A stretch of 64,000 nt of DNA. Origin: Acinetobacter phage ZZ1. Positions 1-12,994 of the stretch are shown here, one piece after another (position 1 is the first letter of the stretch; the number at the start of each line of letters is the position of its first letter). The notes beneath the pieces were generated by a model, which was not told where the DNA came from, ran no database searches, and saw nothing but the letters and a program-made list of their open reading frames with translations. The stretch lies in the sequence record NC_018087.3; one strand, 5' to 3'. The translations under genes and the position numbers were made by a program.

Positions 1-1
1 T

Positions 2-682
2 GATCCTGTTGCACAGGCCGGGCTTAAGGCTATTAGTTCCGCTTTAATTGATAAAACAAACGCTTTACAAGAAACTCAAGATCGTATTGTGGCCGCTGGT
101 GCATTTTCGTCTAAAAGCTTTGTTCTTTTAGGGGATGCAACTACAAATGTGGTCGCCAGTGATATTGCGAAAGTTTCACTTGTGCGAGCTTTACCTCTAA
201 TGACAAAGGGCGTAAATGGTGCAAACTCAATTTCAATTTTACCGGATTATGTATCTGCAAAATCTGCTGATGTGATTTTAGTTAATATTGGTACTTATGA
301 TTACTTATTTGATCGGGAATTGGGTACATTGGCTGATGCTAAAGATGGAACAGAAGCTGATACTTTCTATGCAGATGTATATAAATTATTCGCAGATTTA
401 ACAGCTGGCACTTCCCGTGTTTTAACCTGTACTGGATTTAGATCAAAGGGGTTTAAAGATTCAGTTGTTTCTTATCCAAATAATAATGGTGTAAATACTT
501 CATATGATAAGTATGTTTTAGCCGTAACAGAAGTTGCCGATATTTTTGGCATTCCAGTTATTCCAACACACCATGAATTAGGTATTAGCGCTAAAAATAT
601 TGATTTATTCGCAAATTCCGATGGCTTAACAAAATTGGGGATTGATAGATTCTCTATTTTAGTGGCCCAATCATTACGATAA
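2..682 (+). CDS. C-terminal fragment of a protein at the wac (fibritin) position upstream of gene 13; open to the window start
   Basis: Frame is open from nt 2 and stops at 682. Synteny places it immediately before gp13. No T4 foldon-like C-terminus is recognisable. There is a weak SGNH-like GTYDY block. Confidence 0.3.
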   Translation, partial: DPVAQAGLKAISSALIDKTNALQETQDRIVAAGAFSSKSFVLLGDATTNVVASDIAKVSLVRALPLMTKGVNGANSISILPDYVSAKSADVILVNIGTYDYLFDRELGTLADAKDGTEADTFYADVYKLFADLTAGTSRVLTCTGFRSKGFKDSVVSYPNNNGVNTSYDKYVLAVTEVADIFGIPVIPTHHELGISAKNIDLFANSDGLTKLGIDRFSILVAQSLR

Positions 683-685
683 AAT

Positions 686-707
686 AAGGGGCGAAAGCCC
701 CTTTTTG
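686..707 (+). terminator. rho-independent terminator-like hairpin (GGGGC-GAAA-GCCCC followed by T5)
   Basis: GC stem-loop followed by a T run, seen directly. Confidence 0.6.
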
Positions 708-715
708 AGGTTTAT

Positions 716-1597
716 ATGTTTACACAACCAAAAACGCCAAAACAATTAAAAGATGATATATTAATGAGATTGGGTGCGCCTATTATTCAAGTAGAAGTCA
801 CCGAAGCACAAATATATCAATGTATTCAAAGAGCCCTAGAATTATACGGGGAGTATCACTATAATGGATTAAACAAAACATATATTGCTATTCACATTGG
901 AGATGATGATCAATATAAAAATGGTGTTTTCGATTTAAGTGATGAAAATATTTTTGCGGTGTCACAAATTATTCGAGGCAACACAGGATTATTACTAACT
1001 TTAGATGGTAGTGCAACCTATTCGTGGGCATCTGATTTTATTTTAGGAATGGCCGGAGTTAACGGTTGTAATTCTGGTACTCGAGCATTTGGCCCTAATG
1101 GATTTGGGGCAAACTTGAGTTACTACACGACTATTATGCAGTATTGGTCAATATTACAAAATATGTTTAACCCTATTCCTGATTTTTGGTTTAATGACGA
1201 TACTGGCCAATTAAAGCTATCTGGTAATTTTAAAAAGGGTGATTTAATTTTCTTAGAGGTGTGGGTTAAATCATTTGTTGATACAAATTATGCCGTAGGC
1301 TCATATGCAGGTTCTGACCGATATAATAATGCGAATTATAATGTGACTGGATATATTGCAGGTGAATCTCAAGGTACAAAACAAGGTGCCTTTAATAATC
1401 GTTGGGTAAAAGATTATGCAACAGTATTAGTTAAAGAATTAAATGGACAAATTTTAGCTAAACATCAAGGAATGCAGCTAGCCGGTGGTACTACAGTAGA
1501 TGGAGTCAGATTAATTGAGGAAGCTCGGTTAGAAAAAGAGCGATTAATTGATGAATTAGACTCATTGGCAGCACCACCTGGAATTTTAATGGGATAA
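716..1597 (+). CDS. 13: neck protein gp13
   Basis: Strong similarity to T4 gp13 from memory ([57 protein letters not shown]). Size is 293 aa against 309 in T4. Confidence 0.9.
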   Translation: MFTQPKTPKQLKDDILMRLGAPIIQVEVTEAQIYQCIQRALELYGEYHYNGLNKTYIAIHIGDDDQYKNGVFDLSDENIFAVSQIIRGNTGLLLTLDGSATYSWASDFILGMAGVNGCNSGTRAFGPNGFGANLSYYTTIMQYWSILQNMFNPIPDFWFNDDTGQLKLSGNFKKGDLIFLEVWVKSFVDTNYAVGSYAGSDRYNNANYNVTGYIAGESQGTKQGAFNNRWVKDYATVLVKELNGQILAKHQGMQLAGGTTVDGVRLIEEARLEKERLIDELDSLAAPPGILMG

Positions 1598-1601
1598 AAA
1601 T

Positions 1602-2375
1602 ATGACTACATTTGATAACCGATTATTCGCTAAATTAGAAAATGGTACTGGTTATAACCAAACTAATGAGGAGTCTGTTTTAAATCCATATGTAAATTTT
1701 TATCAATTCGAAAATGTTCAAACTTTACAAGATGCTCTTGTCGCAGAAAGTATTCAAATGAGAGGCGTTGAATGTTACTATATGCCAAGCCATTTTGTCA
1801 ATAAAGATGAATTATTTGGTGAAGATGTTCAACGTAAGTTTGATAAGGCATGGAAATTTGCAGCATATCTTGATTCGTTTGAAGGATATTCTGGCGCAAA
1901 CACATTCTTTAGCAAATTTGGTATGCAAGTTGAAGATGAAATAACTTTGACTGTAAATCCAAATTTATTTAAATATCAAGTGAATAATCAAGAACCTAAA
2001 GAGGGTGACTTAATTTATTTTAAGATGGACAATTCCTTGTTCGAAATAACATGGGTAGAACCATATAACCCATTTTATCAAGTTGGTACTAATGCAATGC
2101 GTCGCATTACAGCGCAAAAATTCATTTATTCTGGTGAAGAAGTTAAACCCGTATTACAAAGAAATCCAGGTATACATATTCCAGAATTTGATGAACTTGA
2201 TCTTGAACCGGTTAATGCATTAAATGATGTTCATGATATTAAAACACCTCAATACGTTGAAGTAGATCAAATTAATAAAGAAGGTGAAGAAGTTATAGAA
2301 CCTTATGTAGTTATTAACAATAGGGGTATTATGGGCGATGGGTCACCTTTTGATGACGACTTTTTAGACGACTGA
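1602..2375 (+). CDS. 14: neck protein gp14
   Basis: Matches T4 gp14 ([55 protein letters not shown]). 257 aa against 256 in T4. Confidence 0.9.
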   Translation: MTTFDNRLFAKLENGTGYNQTNEESVLNPYVNFYQFENVQTLQDALVAESIQMRGVECYYMPSHFVNKDELFGEDVQRKFDKAWKFAAYLDSFEGYSGANTFFSKFGMQVEDEITLTVNPNLFKYQVNNQEPKEGDLIYFKMDNSLFEITWVEPYNPFYQVGTNAMRRITAQKFIYSGEEVKPVLQRNPGIHIPEFDELDLEPVNALNDVHDIKTPQYVEVDQINKEGEEVIEPYVVINNRGIMGDGSPFDDDFLDD

Positions 2376-2410
2376 TAAATATAATTATAGTTTAATTATA
2401 AGGATTTGTA

Positions 2411-3016
2411 GTGGATATCAATATTGAAAACATTTTAAAAACATGGTTGCCTGAAGATATTTGTCAGGAATATATTGATATCTTACACAGACCTATAGTA
2501 GGCAAAACAGAAAAACATCATATCTTACCTAGATCTCTTTTTCCTGAACATATTAAAAATCCTAATAATTTAATTGAATTATCAATTTATGATCATCTTG
2601 AAGCACACGAATGTTTAGCAAAAACAAATGAACATAAAATGATTTTAGCTTTTAATTTTATGTTTACAGCTAATTATAGAAGATATTCTACTTTAACTGA
2701 AGATCAAAAATTAAAAGTAAAGGTAAAAAGAACTAAAGTACGACTTGCAATGTCTGATGTTAAATCAGAACAGGGAAAACTGTACATTGGAGAAAAAAAT
2801 CCTTTTTATGGAAAAACTCATTCTGATGAGACAAAAGCGATAATAAGCTCGCATCATAAAGGCAAAAAATTATCTGCCGATCATATTGCAATTCTTGTTG
2901 CTTGTCATAAAGGTAAACCAAAGCGCAAAGTTAAATGTCCTCATTGTGGTCAATTAATTGCAATACATGCTAAAAACCGACGACACTTTGATAATTGTGC
3001 ATATAAGGAGAATTAA
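2411..3016 (+). CDS. freestanding HNH homing endonuclease (T4 Mob family-like) inserted between genes 14 and 15
   Basis: N-terminal HNH motif (HHILPRSLFP...N..ELSIYDHLEAHE). Central NPFYGK.HS.ETK motif. C-terminal CPHCG zinc finger. Occupies an intergenic slot that T4 does not have. Confidence 0.7.
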   Translation: MDINIENILKTWLPEDICQEYIDILHRPIVGKTEKHHILPRSLFPEHIKNPNNLIELSIYDHLEAHECLAKTNEHKMILAFNFMFTANYRRYSTLTEDQKLKVKVKRTKVRLAMSDVKSEQGKLYIGEKNPFYGKTHSDETKAIISSHHKGKKLSADHIAILVACHKGKPKRKVKCPHCGQLIAIHAKNRRHFDNCAYKEN

Positions 3017-3069
3017 AATTTTTGGTCACTGGTACAACTCCTCTCTCCGTCGCTATTGTGTTTTAATGG

Positions 3070-3840
3070 GTGATTTATTCTCTCATGTACAAAGTAATGC
3101 GTCGGAGAGAAGGTGATAAAATAGAATTAATTAAAGTCCCTATTACATTTGCTTCAAAAGAACGCTTTATTATGAAACTAGATGCAAAAACATCAGTTAA
3201 TAATGGAGATGGTTCTATGGCAAAAGTGGAAACAATTTTGCCAAGAATGTGCTTAAGCTTGGTAGATTTAGTATATAACCCAACATATAAAACAAATATA
3301 ACAAACAGAACTATCAGGAATCCTGCGAGTAAAACCTCATTAATTTCGCAATATAATCCGGTTCCGGTTAAAATGATTTTTGAGTTAAGTGTTTACACTC
3401 GACATCAGGATGATATGTTTCAAATTATTGAACAAATATGGCCATATTTTCAACCACATTTTTCAACCCAAATGAAAGAATTGCATGGCAATGATATTAC
3501 ATTTGATAGAAATATCAGAGTTACAATGCAGTCGGTGGCCTTAGATAATCAATTAGAAACAGACAAAACTACACGACGCCGATTGGAAACTGCTTTTATA
3601 TTTGAAGTTAATGGGTGGTTATACCCACCTGTTGCTGAAATTGCTGGTGAAATTCGTACAATTTATATTGATCTTTTTGCAAATGAAAAAGAGTTAAATG
3701 CCTCAGGACGCTTTGAATCGGTTGACACTCAAGTATCGCCAGAAGATATAGATTATAATGATTGGGACGGTAATCTTATACAGTCAGTTTCGGCCAATGT
3801 TCCTATTCCTGTTGCACCTGAACCACCTCACCCAAGGTAG
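3070..3840 (+). CDS. 15: tail sheath stabiliser / tail completion gp15 (ORF as tracked; conserved N-terminal codons lie upstream in another frame, see findings)
   Basis: Matches T4 gp15 (VPIT.ASKE.F.MKL, ILPR..L.LVD, SQYNP.P.KMI.ELS..TR..DDMFQI.EQI.PYFQPHF, FEVNGW.YPPV, PEPP.PR). Confidence 0.85.
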   Translation: MIYSLMYKVMRRREGDKIELIKVPITFASKERFIMKLDAKTSVNNGDGSMAKVETILPRMCLSLVDLVYNPTYKTNITNRTIRNPASKTSLISQYNPVPVKMIFELSVYTRHQDDMFQIIEQIWPYFQPHFSTQMKELHGNDITFDRNIRVTMQSVALDNQLETDKTTRRRLETAFIFEVNGWLYPPVAEIAGEIRTIYIDLFANEKELNASGRFESVDTQVSPEDIDYNDWDGNLIQSVSANVPIPVAPEPPHPR

Positions 3841-3845
3841 ATGTT

Positions 3846-4330
3846 ATGAGTAATACCCAAAATTTTTTAGATCAAATTATGGACTTCACCGACCTACCCG
3901 GGGTTGGCGGTGAAGAACTGGTTGTTTATAAACCATTGGAATTAACTGATGTTGAATCTAATCCTCAAGATCGAACTATTGATTTAAATGAAGATTATGC
4001 CAAAGTTCGCAAAACATTAGATCATCAACAACAAATGCTTTTTGATGCAGCCAAAGTTATGCTGGAAACGGCAAAAAATGCAGATTCTCCTAGACATATG
4101 GAAGTATTTGCAACCTTGATGGGTCAAATGACTACAACATCAAAAGAAATTCTTAAACTTCATAAAGAAATGAAAGACATTACAAGTGAAAATGTCTCAA
4201 CCCAAAACCCAGGGGATAATTCTGGTGTAAATATACAAAACGCGCAAGTATTTGTCGGGGGTCCTACTGAACTTATGGATAAACTCGGTGATGCTTTTGA
4301 AACTAAAAACCTTAATGTGGTAGACGAACA

Positions 4331-4334
<4 letters not shown>
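3846..4334 (+). CDS. 16: terminase small subunit gp16
   Basis: Near-identical blocks to T4 gp16 ([40 protein letters not shown]). 162 aa against 164 in T4. Confidence 0.9.
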
Positions 4335-6620
<2,286 letters not shown>

Positions 6621-6646
6621 TTGAAAAAGAAATAACAGGAGTCGAA

Positions 6647-8626
6647 ATGGCTTTATTATCTCCAGGTATTGAGTTAAAAGAAAATACCACTCAAAGCACA
6701 GTTGTGCAAAATGCAACAGGCCGTGCCGCAATGGCAGGTAAATTTCAGTGGGGCCCAGCTTTCCAGGTAATTCAAGTTACAAATGAAGTTGAACTTGTTG
6801 ATTTATTTGGTCAGCCTGATAATGCAACCGCTGATTATTTTATGAGCGCTGCAAACTTTTTACAATATGGTAATGACTTGCGTTTAGTCCGTGTTGTAAA
6901 TGAAGACTCGGCCAAAAACTCTAGCCCTATTGCAGGTCATTTAAAAACAACTATTACTGCGTCAGGTAGTAACTATGCTGTAAATGACAAAGTTATTATT
7001 AAGTACAATACAACAACTATTGAAGATGCTGGCGTTGTAACTGCGGTTGATAAAGACGGCAAAATCTTAAAAATCTTTGTACCTTCTGAAAAAATCATTG
7101 CATATGCAAAATCAATCGGTCAATATCCTGCATTAAGTGATTCATGGACTGCAGAAGTTGTTTCAGTTGCCTCTGGTATTTCTGGTGCAATTAATGTGGA
7201 TTCTATTGAAACTGATTCTGGTATCTTATTAACTGATCCAGAAAATGCAGACGAAAAAATTACATCAGTTGCATTCCAAGCTAAACTTGCTGCGTATGCT
7301 ATGCCTGGTGTTGTTGCATTATATCCAGGTTCAACTGGCGATCAATTAGAAGTAGAAATTGTATCTAAAGAAACTTATGATAAAGGTACTGCAGTCCCTT
7401 TAACCATTTATCCTAATGGTGGTTCACGTACATCTTTAGCTAAAGCAATTTTCGGTTATGGCCCACAAAATGATAATGAATATGCATTTATTGTTCGTCG
7501 TAATGGTGAAGTTGTAGAATCATATGTTCTTTCAACTGAGCGCGGTGCAAAAGATATGTATGGAAGCAATATTTTCTTAGATGATTATTTTGCACGGGGT
7601 TCAAGTAACTATATTTTTGCAACAGCACAAGGATTCCCTAAAGGTTTTTCAGGTATCATTCGTTTATCTGGTGGTATTTCAGCTAATGATGCAGTTACAG
7701 CTGGCGATCTTATGCAAGGTTGGGATAAATTTGCAGATTCAGAAGCACTACATGTCAATTTAATGATTGCCGGTTCTTGTGCGGGTGAAGATGCAGAAGT
7801 TGCATCAACCGTTCAAAAACATGTTGTTGCTCTTGCTGATGAACGTATGGATTGTTTGGCCCTTATCAGCCCACCCCGTGAAACTATTGTAAATATCGGC
7901 TTAACTCGCGCTGTTGATAATTTGATTGCATGGCGTGAAGGTACTGGTGCATACGAAGCGGCTAATATGAATATTAGTTCAACTTATGCATTTATCGATG
8001 GTAACTACAAATACCAATATGACAAATATAATGATGTAAACCGTTGGGTTCCATTGGCTGCTGATATTGCAGGTCTTTGTGCCCGCACTGATGATATCTC
8101 TCAACCTTGGATGTCACCAGCCGGTTATGTCCGTGGTCAAATTCTTAATTGCATTAAACTTGCTATTGAGCCTCGTAAAGCACAGCGTGATAGATTATAT
8201 CAAGATTCTATTAACCCAGTTATTGGTGCTCAAGGCGGCGATGGTTTCTTACTTTTTGGTGATAAAACAGCAACTAAAGTTCCATCTCCATTTGACCGTG
8301 TAAACGTACGCCGTTTATTCAATATGCTTAAAAAGAATATTGGTGACGCATCTAAATTCCGTTTATTCGAAATTAATGACGCATTTACTCGTAGTTCATT
8401 CCGGATGGAAACAACTGCGTACTTAGCGGGTATTAAATCGCTTGGTGGTGTATACGATTTCCGAGTAGTATGTGATGAGACAAATAATACTCCGGCGGTT
8501 ATTGATCGCAATGAATTTGTTGCTACATTCTATATTAAACCGGCGCGTGCAATTAACTTCATTCAATTGAACTTTGTTGCTACTGCAACAGGTGCTGATT
8601 TTGATGAAATCATTGGTCGTCAATAA
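6647..8626 (+). CDS. 18: tail sheath protein gp18
   Basis: 659 aa, the same length as T4 gp18. Sits immediately after terL and before the tube gene, with a late promoter upstream. Confidence 0.9.
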   Translation: MALLSPGIELKENTTQSTVVQNATGRAAMAGKFQWGPAFQVIQVTNEVELVDLFGQPDNATADYFMSAANFLQYGNDLRLVRVVNEDSAKNSSPIAGHLKTTITASGSNYAVNDKVIIKYNTTTIEDAGVVTAVDKDGKILKIFVPSEKIIAYAKSIGQYPALSDSWTAEVVSVASGISGAINVDSIETDSGILLTDPENADEKITSVAFQAKLAAYAMPGVVALYPGSTGDQLEVEIVSKETYDKGTAVPLTIYPNGGSRTSLAKAIFGYGPQNDNEYAFIVRRNGEVVESYVLSTERGAKDMYGSNIFLDDYFARGSSNYIFATAQGFPKGFSGIIRLSGGISANDAVTAGDLMQGWDKFADSEALHVNLMIAGSCAGEDAEVASTVQKHVVALADERMDCLALISPPRETIVNIGLTRAVDNLIAWREGTGAYEAANMNISSTYAFIDGNYKYQYDKYNDVNRWVPLAADIAGLCARTDDISQPWMSPAGYVRGQILNCIKLAIEPRKAQRDRLYQDSINPVIGAQGGDGFLLFGDKTATKVPSPFDRVNVRRLFNMLKKNIGDASKFRLFEINDAFTRSSFRMETTAYLAGIKSLGGVYDFRVVCDETNNTPAVIDRNEFVATFYIKPARAINFIQLNFVATATGADFDEIIGRQ

Positions 8627-8631
8627 TAAAA

Positions 8632-8646
8632 TGGGCCTTCGGGCCC
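8632..8646 (+). other. GC stem-loop (GGGCC-TTCG-GGGCCC) between genes 18 and 19
   Basis: Inverted repeat seen directly; no T tract follows it. Confidence 0.4.
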
Positions 8647-8667
8647 TAATAAATTAAGGATAAAATA

Positions 8668-9159
8668 ATGGAAATTACTGATATTCTCCGAGCATTTGAA
8701 TCAGGCGACTTTGCCCGTCCTAACCTGTTTCAATTAGAAATTCCTTATTTAGGTAAGAATTTCACATTTAAAGCAAAAGCTACAGCAATGCCACCAGGCC
8801 AAGTCGATAAAATTGCTATTGGCTTTATGAACCGTAAATTTAATATCGGTGGTGATCGTACATTTGACGATTGGAGTTGTACAATTTACAATGATGACGC
8901 ACATGATACTCGTCAACAAATTTTAGATTGGCAAGCATTAGTCCATGGCCAAGGTGCTGAAATTACAGGTTCTACTCCCGCTGAGTATAAGAAAACTGCT
9001 ATTATTCGTCAATATGGCCGTGATGGTAAAACTATTACCAAAGAACATACCATTTATGGATTATGGCCGACTTTGGTTGGTGAAGTGGCACTAGACTGGG
9101 ATACAAATTCGGAAGTAGAAACATTTGAGTGTACATTTGCACTTGATTACTGGATTTAA
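8668..9159 (+). CDS. 19: tail tube protein gp19
   Basis: 163 aa, identical in length to T4 gp19, in the conserved position after the sheath gene. Confidence 0.85.
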   Translation: MEITDILRAFESGDFARPNLFQLEIPYLGKNFTFKAKATAMPPGQVDKIAIGFMNRKFNIGGDRTFDDWSCTIYNDDAHDTRQQILDWQALVHGQGAEITGSTPAEYKKTAIIRQYGRDGKTITKEHTIYGLWPTLVGEVALDWDTNSEVETFECTFALDYWI

Positions 9160-9167
9160 TTTGCGAA

Positions 9168-9203
9168 ATCCGATTGATATAAATAATTCTATATCAATCG
9201 GAT
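9168..9203 (+). promoter_or_regulatory. 14-bp perfect inverted repeat (AATCCGATTGATAT / ATATCAATCGGATT) enclosing the late promoter TATAAATA (9178..9185) upstream of gene 20
   Basis: Inverted repeat and TATAAATA seen directly; the gp20 ATG is at 9218. Confidence 0.5.
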
Positions 9204-9217
9204 TCAGTCTGTAGGAG

Positions 9218-10780
9218 ATGAGTATGCTAGCGGATAGTGATTTGAAAATGTTCGCATTCTGGCACAAAGTTGACGACACAGAATACGACAAAATTATTAA
9301 CGATAAAGCAGAATCTATTACTGCCCCAAAGTTTGATGACGGTGCGACAGAAGTTGATTCGCAAGATATTGCATATAATGGTGTATTCCAAAAACTTTAT
9401 GGTAGTCAGGACCCAACGGCAACATCCACACGCGAATTAATCAATACTTATCGCAGTTTATTAAATAATTATGAAGTTGATAATGCTGTACAAGAAATTG
9501 TTTCAGATGCAATTGTATATGAAGAGGGTTTTGATGTAGTTTCAATTGATTTGGATCAAACCGCTTTTACCGAAAATATTAGAAATTTAATTTCAGATGA
9601 ATTTAATTCTGTTTTAAATATGTTAAATTTTCAACGCAAAGGTTCTGATCATTTTAAACGTTGGTACGTCGATTCTCGTGTATTTTTTCATAAAATTATC
9701 AACCCAAATAGGCCAAAAGATGGAATTATTGAACTTCGTCGATTAGATCCACGTAATGTTCAATTCGTCCGTGAACTTGACACCAAAATGGAAAATGGTG
9801 TTAAAGTTGTAAAAGGTTATCGCGAATATTTTTTATATGATACAGAATTAGAATCATATCAATGCGGTCATCAACATTTTGCAGCTGGTACAAAAATTAA
9901 AATTCCATATTCTGCTATGGTTTATGCCCATTCGGGATTAGTAGACTGTTGTGGTAAAAATATTATCGGATATTTACATAGAGCAGTAAAACCGGCAAAT
10001 CAATTAAAATTGCTTGAAGACGCAATGATGATTTACCGTATTACACGTGCTCCAGACCGTCGTGTTTTTTATATTGATACCGGTAATATGCCTGCTCGTA
10101 AAGCTGCACAACATATGCAGCATATTATGAATTCACATAGAAATAGAATTTCATATGATGCAAGAACGGGTAAAGTAAAAAATCAAGCCAATATGATGGC
10201 CTTAACTGAGGATTATTGGCTACAACGACGTGATGGTAAAGCTGTCACAGAAGTTGAAACATTACCAGGTATGACCGGAATGAATGAAATGGATGACATT
10301 TTATATTTCCGTAAAGCACTTTATATGGCGCTTAGAGTACCATTATCACGTATTCCTGATGAACAAACACAAAATGTGTTTGATATGTCAACGGCTATTT
10401 CAAGAGATGAATTATCATTTGATAAGTTTATTTCGGAATTACAACATAAATTTGAGGAAATTTTCCTCAGTCCGTTAAAAAGTAATCTTTTACTTAAACG
10501 CGTAATTACAGAAGATGAGTGGGAAGCAGAACTAAATAATATTAAGATTGTGTTCCACAAAAATTCATACTTTTCAGAAATGAAAACGATTGAAATAACG
10601 GAACGCCGCGTTAATGTTTTAAGTTTAATGGAACCTTATATTGGAAAGTATATTTCTAACCATACTGCCATGAAAGACTTCTTGCAAATGTCAGACGAAG
10701 ACATCGCAGCCGAACGAAAGCTCATTGATGAAGAGCTATCAGACAAAATATTTAACCCACCAGAACCAGAGGAAATCTAA
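9218..10780 (+). CDS. 20: portal vertex protein gp20
   Basis: 520 aa against 524 in T4. Conserved position between gene 19 and the prohead core genes. Confidence 0.9.
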   Translation: MSMLADSDLKMFAFWHKVDDTEYDKIINDKAESITAPKFDDGATEVDSQDIAYNGVFQKLYGSQDPTATSTRELINTYRSLLNNYEVDNAVQEIVSDAIVYEEGFDVVSIDLDQTAFTENIRNLISDEFNSVLNMLNFQRKGSDHFKRWYVDSRVFFHKIINPNRPKDGIIELRRLDPRNVQFVRELDTKMENGVKVVKGYREYFLYDTELESYQCGHQHFAAGTKIKIPYSAMVYAHSGLVDCCGKNIIGYLHRAVKPANQLKLLEDAMMIYRITRAPDRRVFYIDTGNMPARKAAQHMQHIMNSHRNRISYDARTGKVKNQANMMALTEDYWLQRRDGKAVTEVETLPGMTGMNEMDDILYFRKALYMALRVPLSRIPDEQTQNVFDMSTAISRDELSFDKFISELQHKFEEIFLSPLKSNLLLKRVITEDEWEAELNNIKIVFHKNSYFSEMKTIEITERRVNVLSLMEPYIGKYISNHTAMKDFLQMSDEDIAAERKLIDEELSDKIFNPPEPEEI

Positions 10781-11031
10781 TGAGCGATATTATCCAAGCC
10801 ATTAATTCCAACGACCTTGTAAAATTTAAGCGATGCTTTGCTGAAGCTATGAAGGAAAAAGTTGGAAAAATCTTAAAAGAAGAACAACTTGCTATTGCCA
10901 AAAGCATCATGGTTGAAGGCGAATATGTTGTTGAATCAGAAGAAGACGCTATCGAAGATGAAGACGATGGCTCTAATGATGCAGACAATGATGATAAAAA
11001 GAAAAAGAATCATAAAAAAGACGAGGACTAA
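10780..11031 (+). CDS. 67: prohead core protein gp67 (acidic C-terminus)
   Basis: 83-aa protein with an extremely acidic tail, sitting between portal and gp68 as in T4. Confidence 0.7.
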   Translation: MSDIIQAINSNDLVKFKRCFAEAMKEKVGKILKEEQLAIAKSIMVEGEYVVESEEDAIEDEDDGSNDADNDDKKKKNHKKDED

Positions 11032-11033
11032 AA

Positions 11034-11459
11034 ATGCAACTTATTGTTGAGAACGAATTAGTTTTTGATGATGTAGTTAATTTTTTGCCAGAAGCTGAAC
11101 AACGATTTAAGGATTTATCTGCTGTATTTTCACATGAAGAAATTCAACGTATCGTCGAAAATATGGTAGATAAAACACCTATTATGGCAATTGCATTAGG
11201 TTCACTTGTTGAATCTATGCCATTAAATGAATTTATGGTTAAGCATGTTAGTTCTAAAGGTGAATTAACTCGCACCAAAGACCGTAAAACTCGTCAGCGT
11301 CTTGCATTTCAAACTACAGGTTTATCTAAATCAGCTCGCCGCCAAATCGCTCGCAAAGCTGTTAAAACCAAAAAAGCTAATCCAAATGATCAAATTCGTG
11401 CCCAAAAGAAAATTAAAAAGGCAAAACTTAAACGTAAATCAATGTATGGATTAGACTAA
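11034..11459 (+). CDS. 68: prohead core protein gp68
   Basis: 141 aa, the same as T4 gp68, with a basic C-terminus; supported by synteny. Confidence 0.7.
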   Translation: MQLIVENELVFDDVVNFLPEAEQRFKDLSAVFSHEEIQRIVENMVDKTPIMAIALGSLVESMPLNEFMVKHVSSKGELTRTKDRKTRQRLAFQTTGLSKSARRQIARKAVKTKKANPNDQIRAQKKIKKAKLKRKSMYGLD

Positions 11460-12103
11460 TGACCGAAGAAATGCTACTTATTGAGCATTGGGGTCAACCA
11501 GCAACCGTTAATGATGTTACACCGACGATGATTAGCGAATCAGCTAATGGTAAATTAAAACCGGGATTATATATCGAAGGTGTATTTCTTCAAGCAGAAG
11601 TAGTTAATAGAAATAAGCGTCTTTATCCAAAACGTATTCTTGAAACTGCTGTTGATAAGTACATTAAAGAACAGGTTGTTACAATGCAGGCTTTGGGTGA
11701 ATTAAATCATCCTGCTCGAGCCCATGTTGATCCAATGCAAGCTGCCATTATCATTGAAGATATGTGGTGGGAAGGTAATAATGTTATGGGCCGCGCTCGT
11801 ATTATTGAGGGTGATAATGGTCCAGGTGATAAACTTGCTGCAAATATTAGAGCAGGCTGGATTCCAGGAGTATCTAGTCGAGGTTTAGGGTCAATTAAAA
11901 GTTCCGGCCGAGGTTATAATATTGTACAAGAAGGTTTCCGTTTAACAGTGGGTGTAGATGCTGTTTGGGGCCCAAGTGCACCTGATGCCTTTGTTACACC
12001 AAAACAAATTACTGAGAGTGTAGAACCAGCTGAAGAACCGGTTAAAAGTTCAAGTGCTGATTCAGCTTTTAAAACCTTAATTGGCAACTTAAAAGCATTA
12101 TAA
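11459..12103 (+). CDS. 21: prohead core protease gp21
   Basis: Very high similarity to T4 gp21 (LKPGLYIEG.F.QAEVVNRNKRLYPKRILE, QALGELNHP.RA.VDPMQAAIIIEDMWW.GN.V.GRAR.IEGD.GPGDKLAANIRAGWIPGVSSRGLGS). Confidence 0.95.
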   Translation: MTEEMLLIEHWGQPATVNDVTPTMISESANGKLKPGLYIEGVFLQAEVVNRNKRLYPKRILETAVDKYIKEQVVTMQALGELNHPARAHVDPMQAAIIIEDMWWEGNNVMGRARIIEGDNGPGDKLAANIRAGWIPGVSSRGLGSIKSSGRGYNIVQEGFRLTVGVDAVWGPSAPDAFVTPKQITESVEPAEEPVKSSSADSAFKTLIGNLKAL

Positions 12104-12106
12104 ATA
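12099..12106 (+). promoter_or_regulatory. late promoter TATAAATA upstream of gene 22
   Basis: Exact motif 27 nt upstream of the ATG at 12133. Confidence 0.5.
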
Positions 12107-12132
12107 AAAGTATATTAAAACAGGACACCAAA

Positions 12133-12969
12133 ATGCTGAAAGAACAATTACTCAATGAAGCGAAAACTATTACCGCTTCTGTAGAATTAGACGGTATTTT
12201 TGAATCAGTTGAACTTTCACCAGAAACTCAAGAAAGCTTCAAAACAGTATTCGAACAAGCCGTTAAGAAAAACGCTGTTGATTTGGCTGAAAAGCATATT
12301 TTAGATATTGCTGAAAAAGCTGAAGAAAAATTAGAAGAAGCTACTTTAGCTGCAACTACTAAGCTTGAAGAAAAAATGTTAGCAATCGCAGACAAATTCT
12401 TTGAACATACTGCTGCAGATTGGCTCGCTGAAAATAAAGTCGAAGTCCATCGTGGAATCAAAGCTGATTTATTTGAATCTATGTTTGGTGGTTTAAAAGC
12501 ATTGTTTGTTGAGCATAATGTTGAACTTCCTGCAGAATCTGTTGATGTTGTTGCAGAAATGGAAGAAGAACTCCAAGAAACAAAAAATGAAACTTCTAAA
12601 TTATTTGATACTTTAACAGAAACACAAAGTGAATTAAGTGAATTAAAACGCACAGTCGCTGTTGATAAAGCGGTTGCGGATTTAACAGAATCACAAAAAG
12701 AAAAAGTTCATAACTTAATTGAAGGTTTAGATTATAGCGATACTTTTGATGTTAAGTTGAATGCAATTGTTGAAATGGCTAAGGGCTCAAAAGAAGCACC
12801 AGTTCTTTCAGAATCAACTCAAAATGAGCCAGTTGCAAATGAACTAAATAAAGTTAATGATGCTGATGCTGCTGGACTTAATTTTGTCGTAGAAGCACAT
12901 GAACCAGCTGAAGAAGCTAAACCAACAACTAATATGAACCGCTACGTTTCTGCGGCGCAAAAGCTTTAA
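12133..12969 (+). CDS. 22: prohead scaffolding core protein gp22
   Basis: 278-aa highly acidic protein, predicted mostly helical, between gp21 and gp23 as in T4 (269 aa there). Confidence 0.8.
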   Translation: MLKEQLLNEAKTITASVELDGIFESVELSPETQESFKTVFEQAVKKNAVDLAEKHILDIAEKAEEKLEEATLAATTKLEEKMLAIADKFFEHTAADWLAENKVEVHRGIKADLFESMFGGLKALFVEHNVELPAESVDVVAEMEEELQETKNETSKLFDTLTETQSELSELKRTVAVDKAVADLTESQKEKVHNLIEGLDYSDTFDVKLNAIVEMAKGSKEAPVLSESTQNEPVANELNKVNDADAAGLNFVVEAHEPAEEAKPTTNMNRYVSAAQKL

Positions 12970-12994
12970 TAAAATTTTTATAGGTACATAACAC

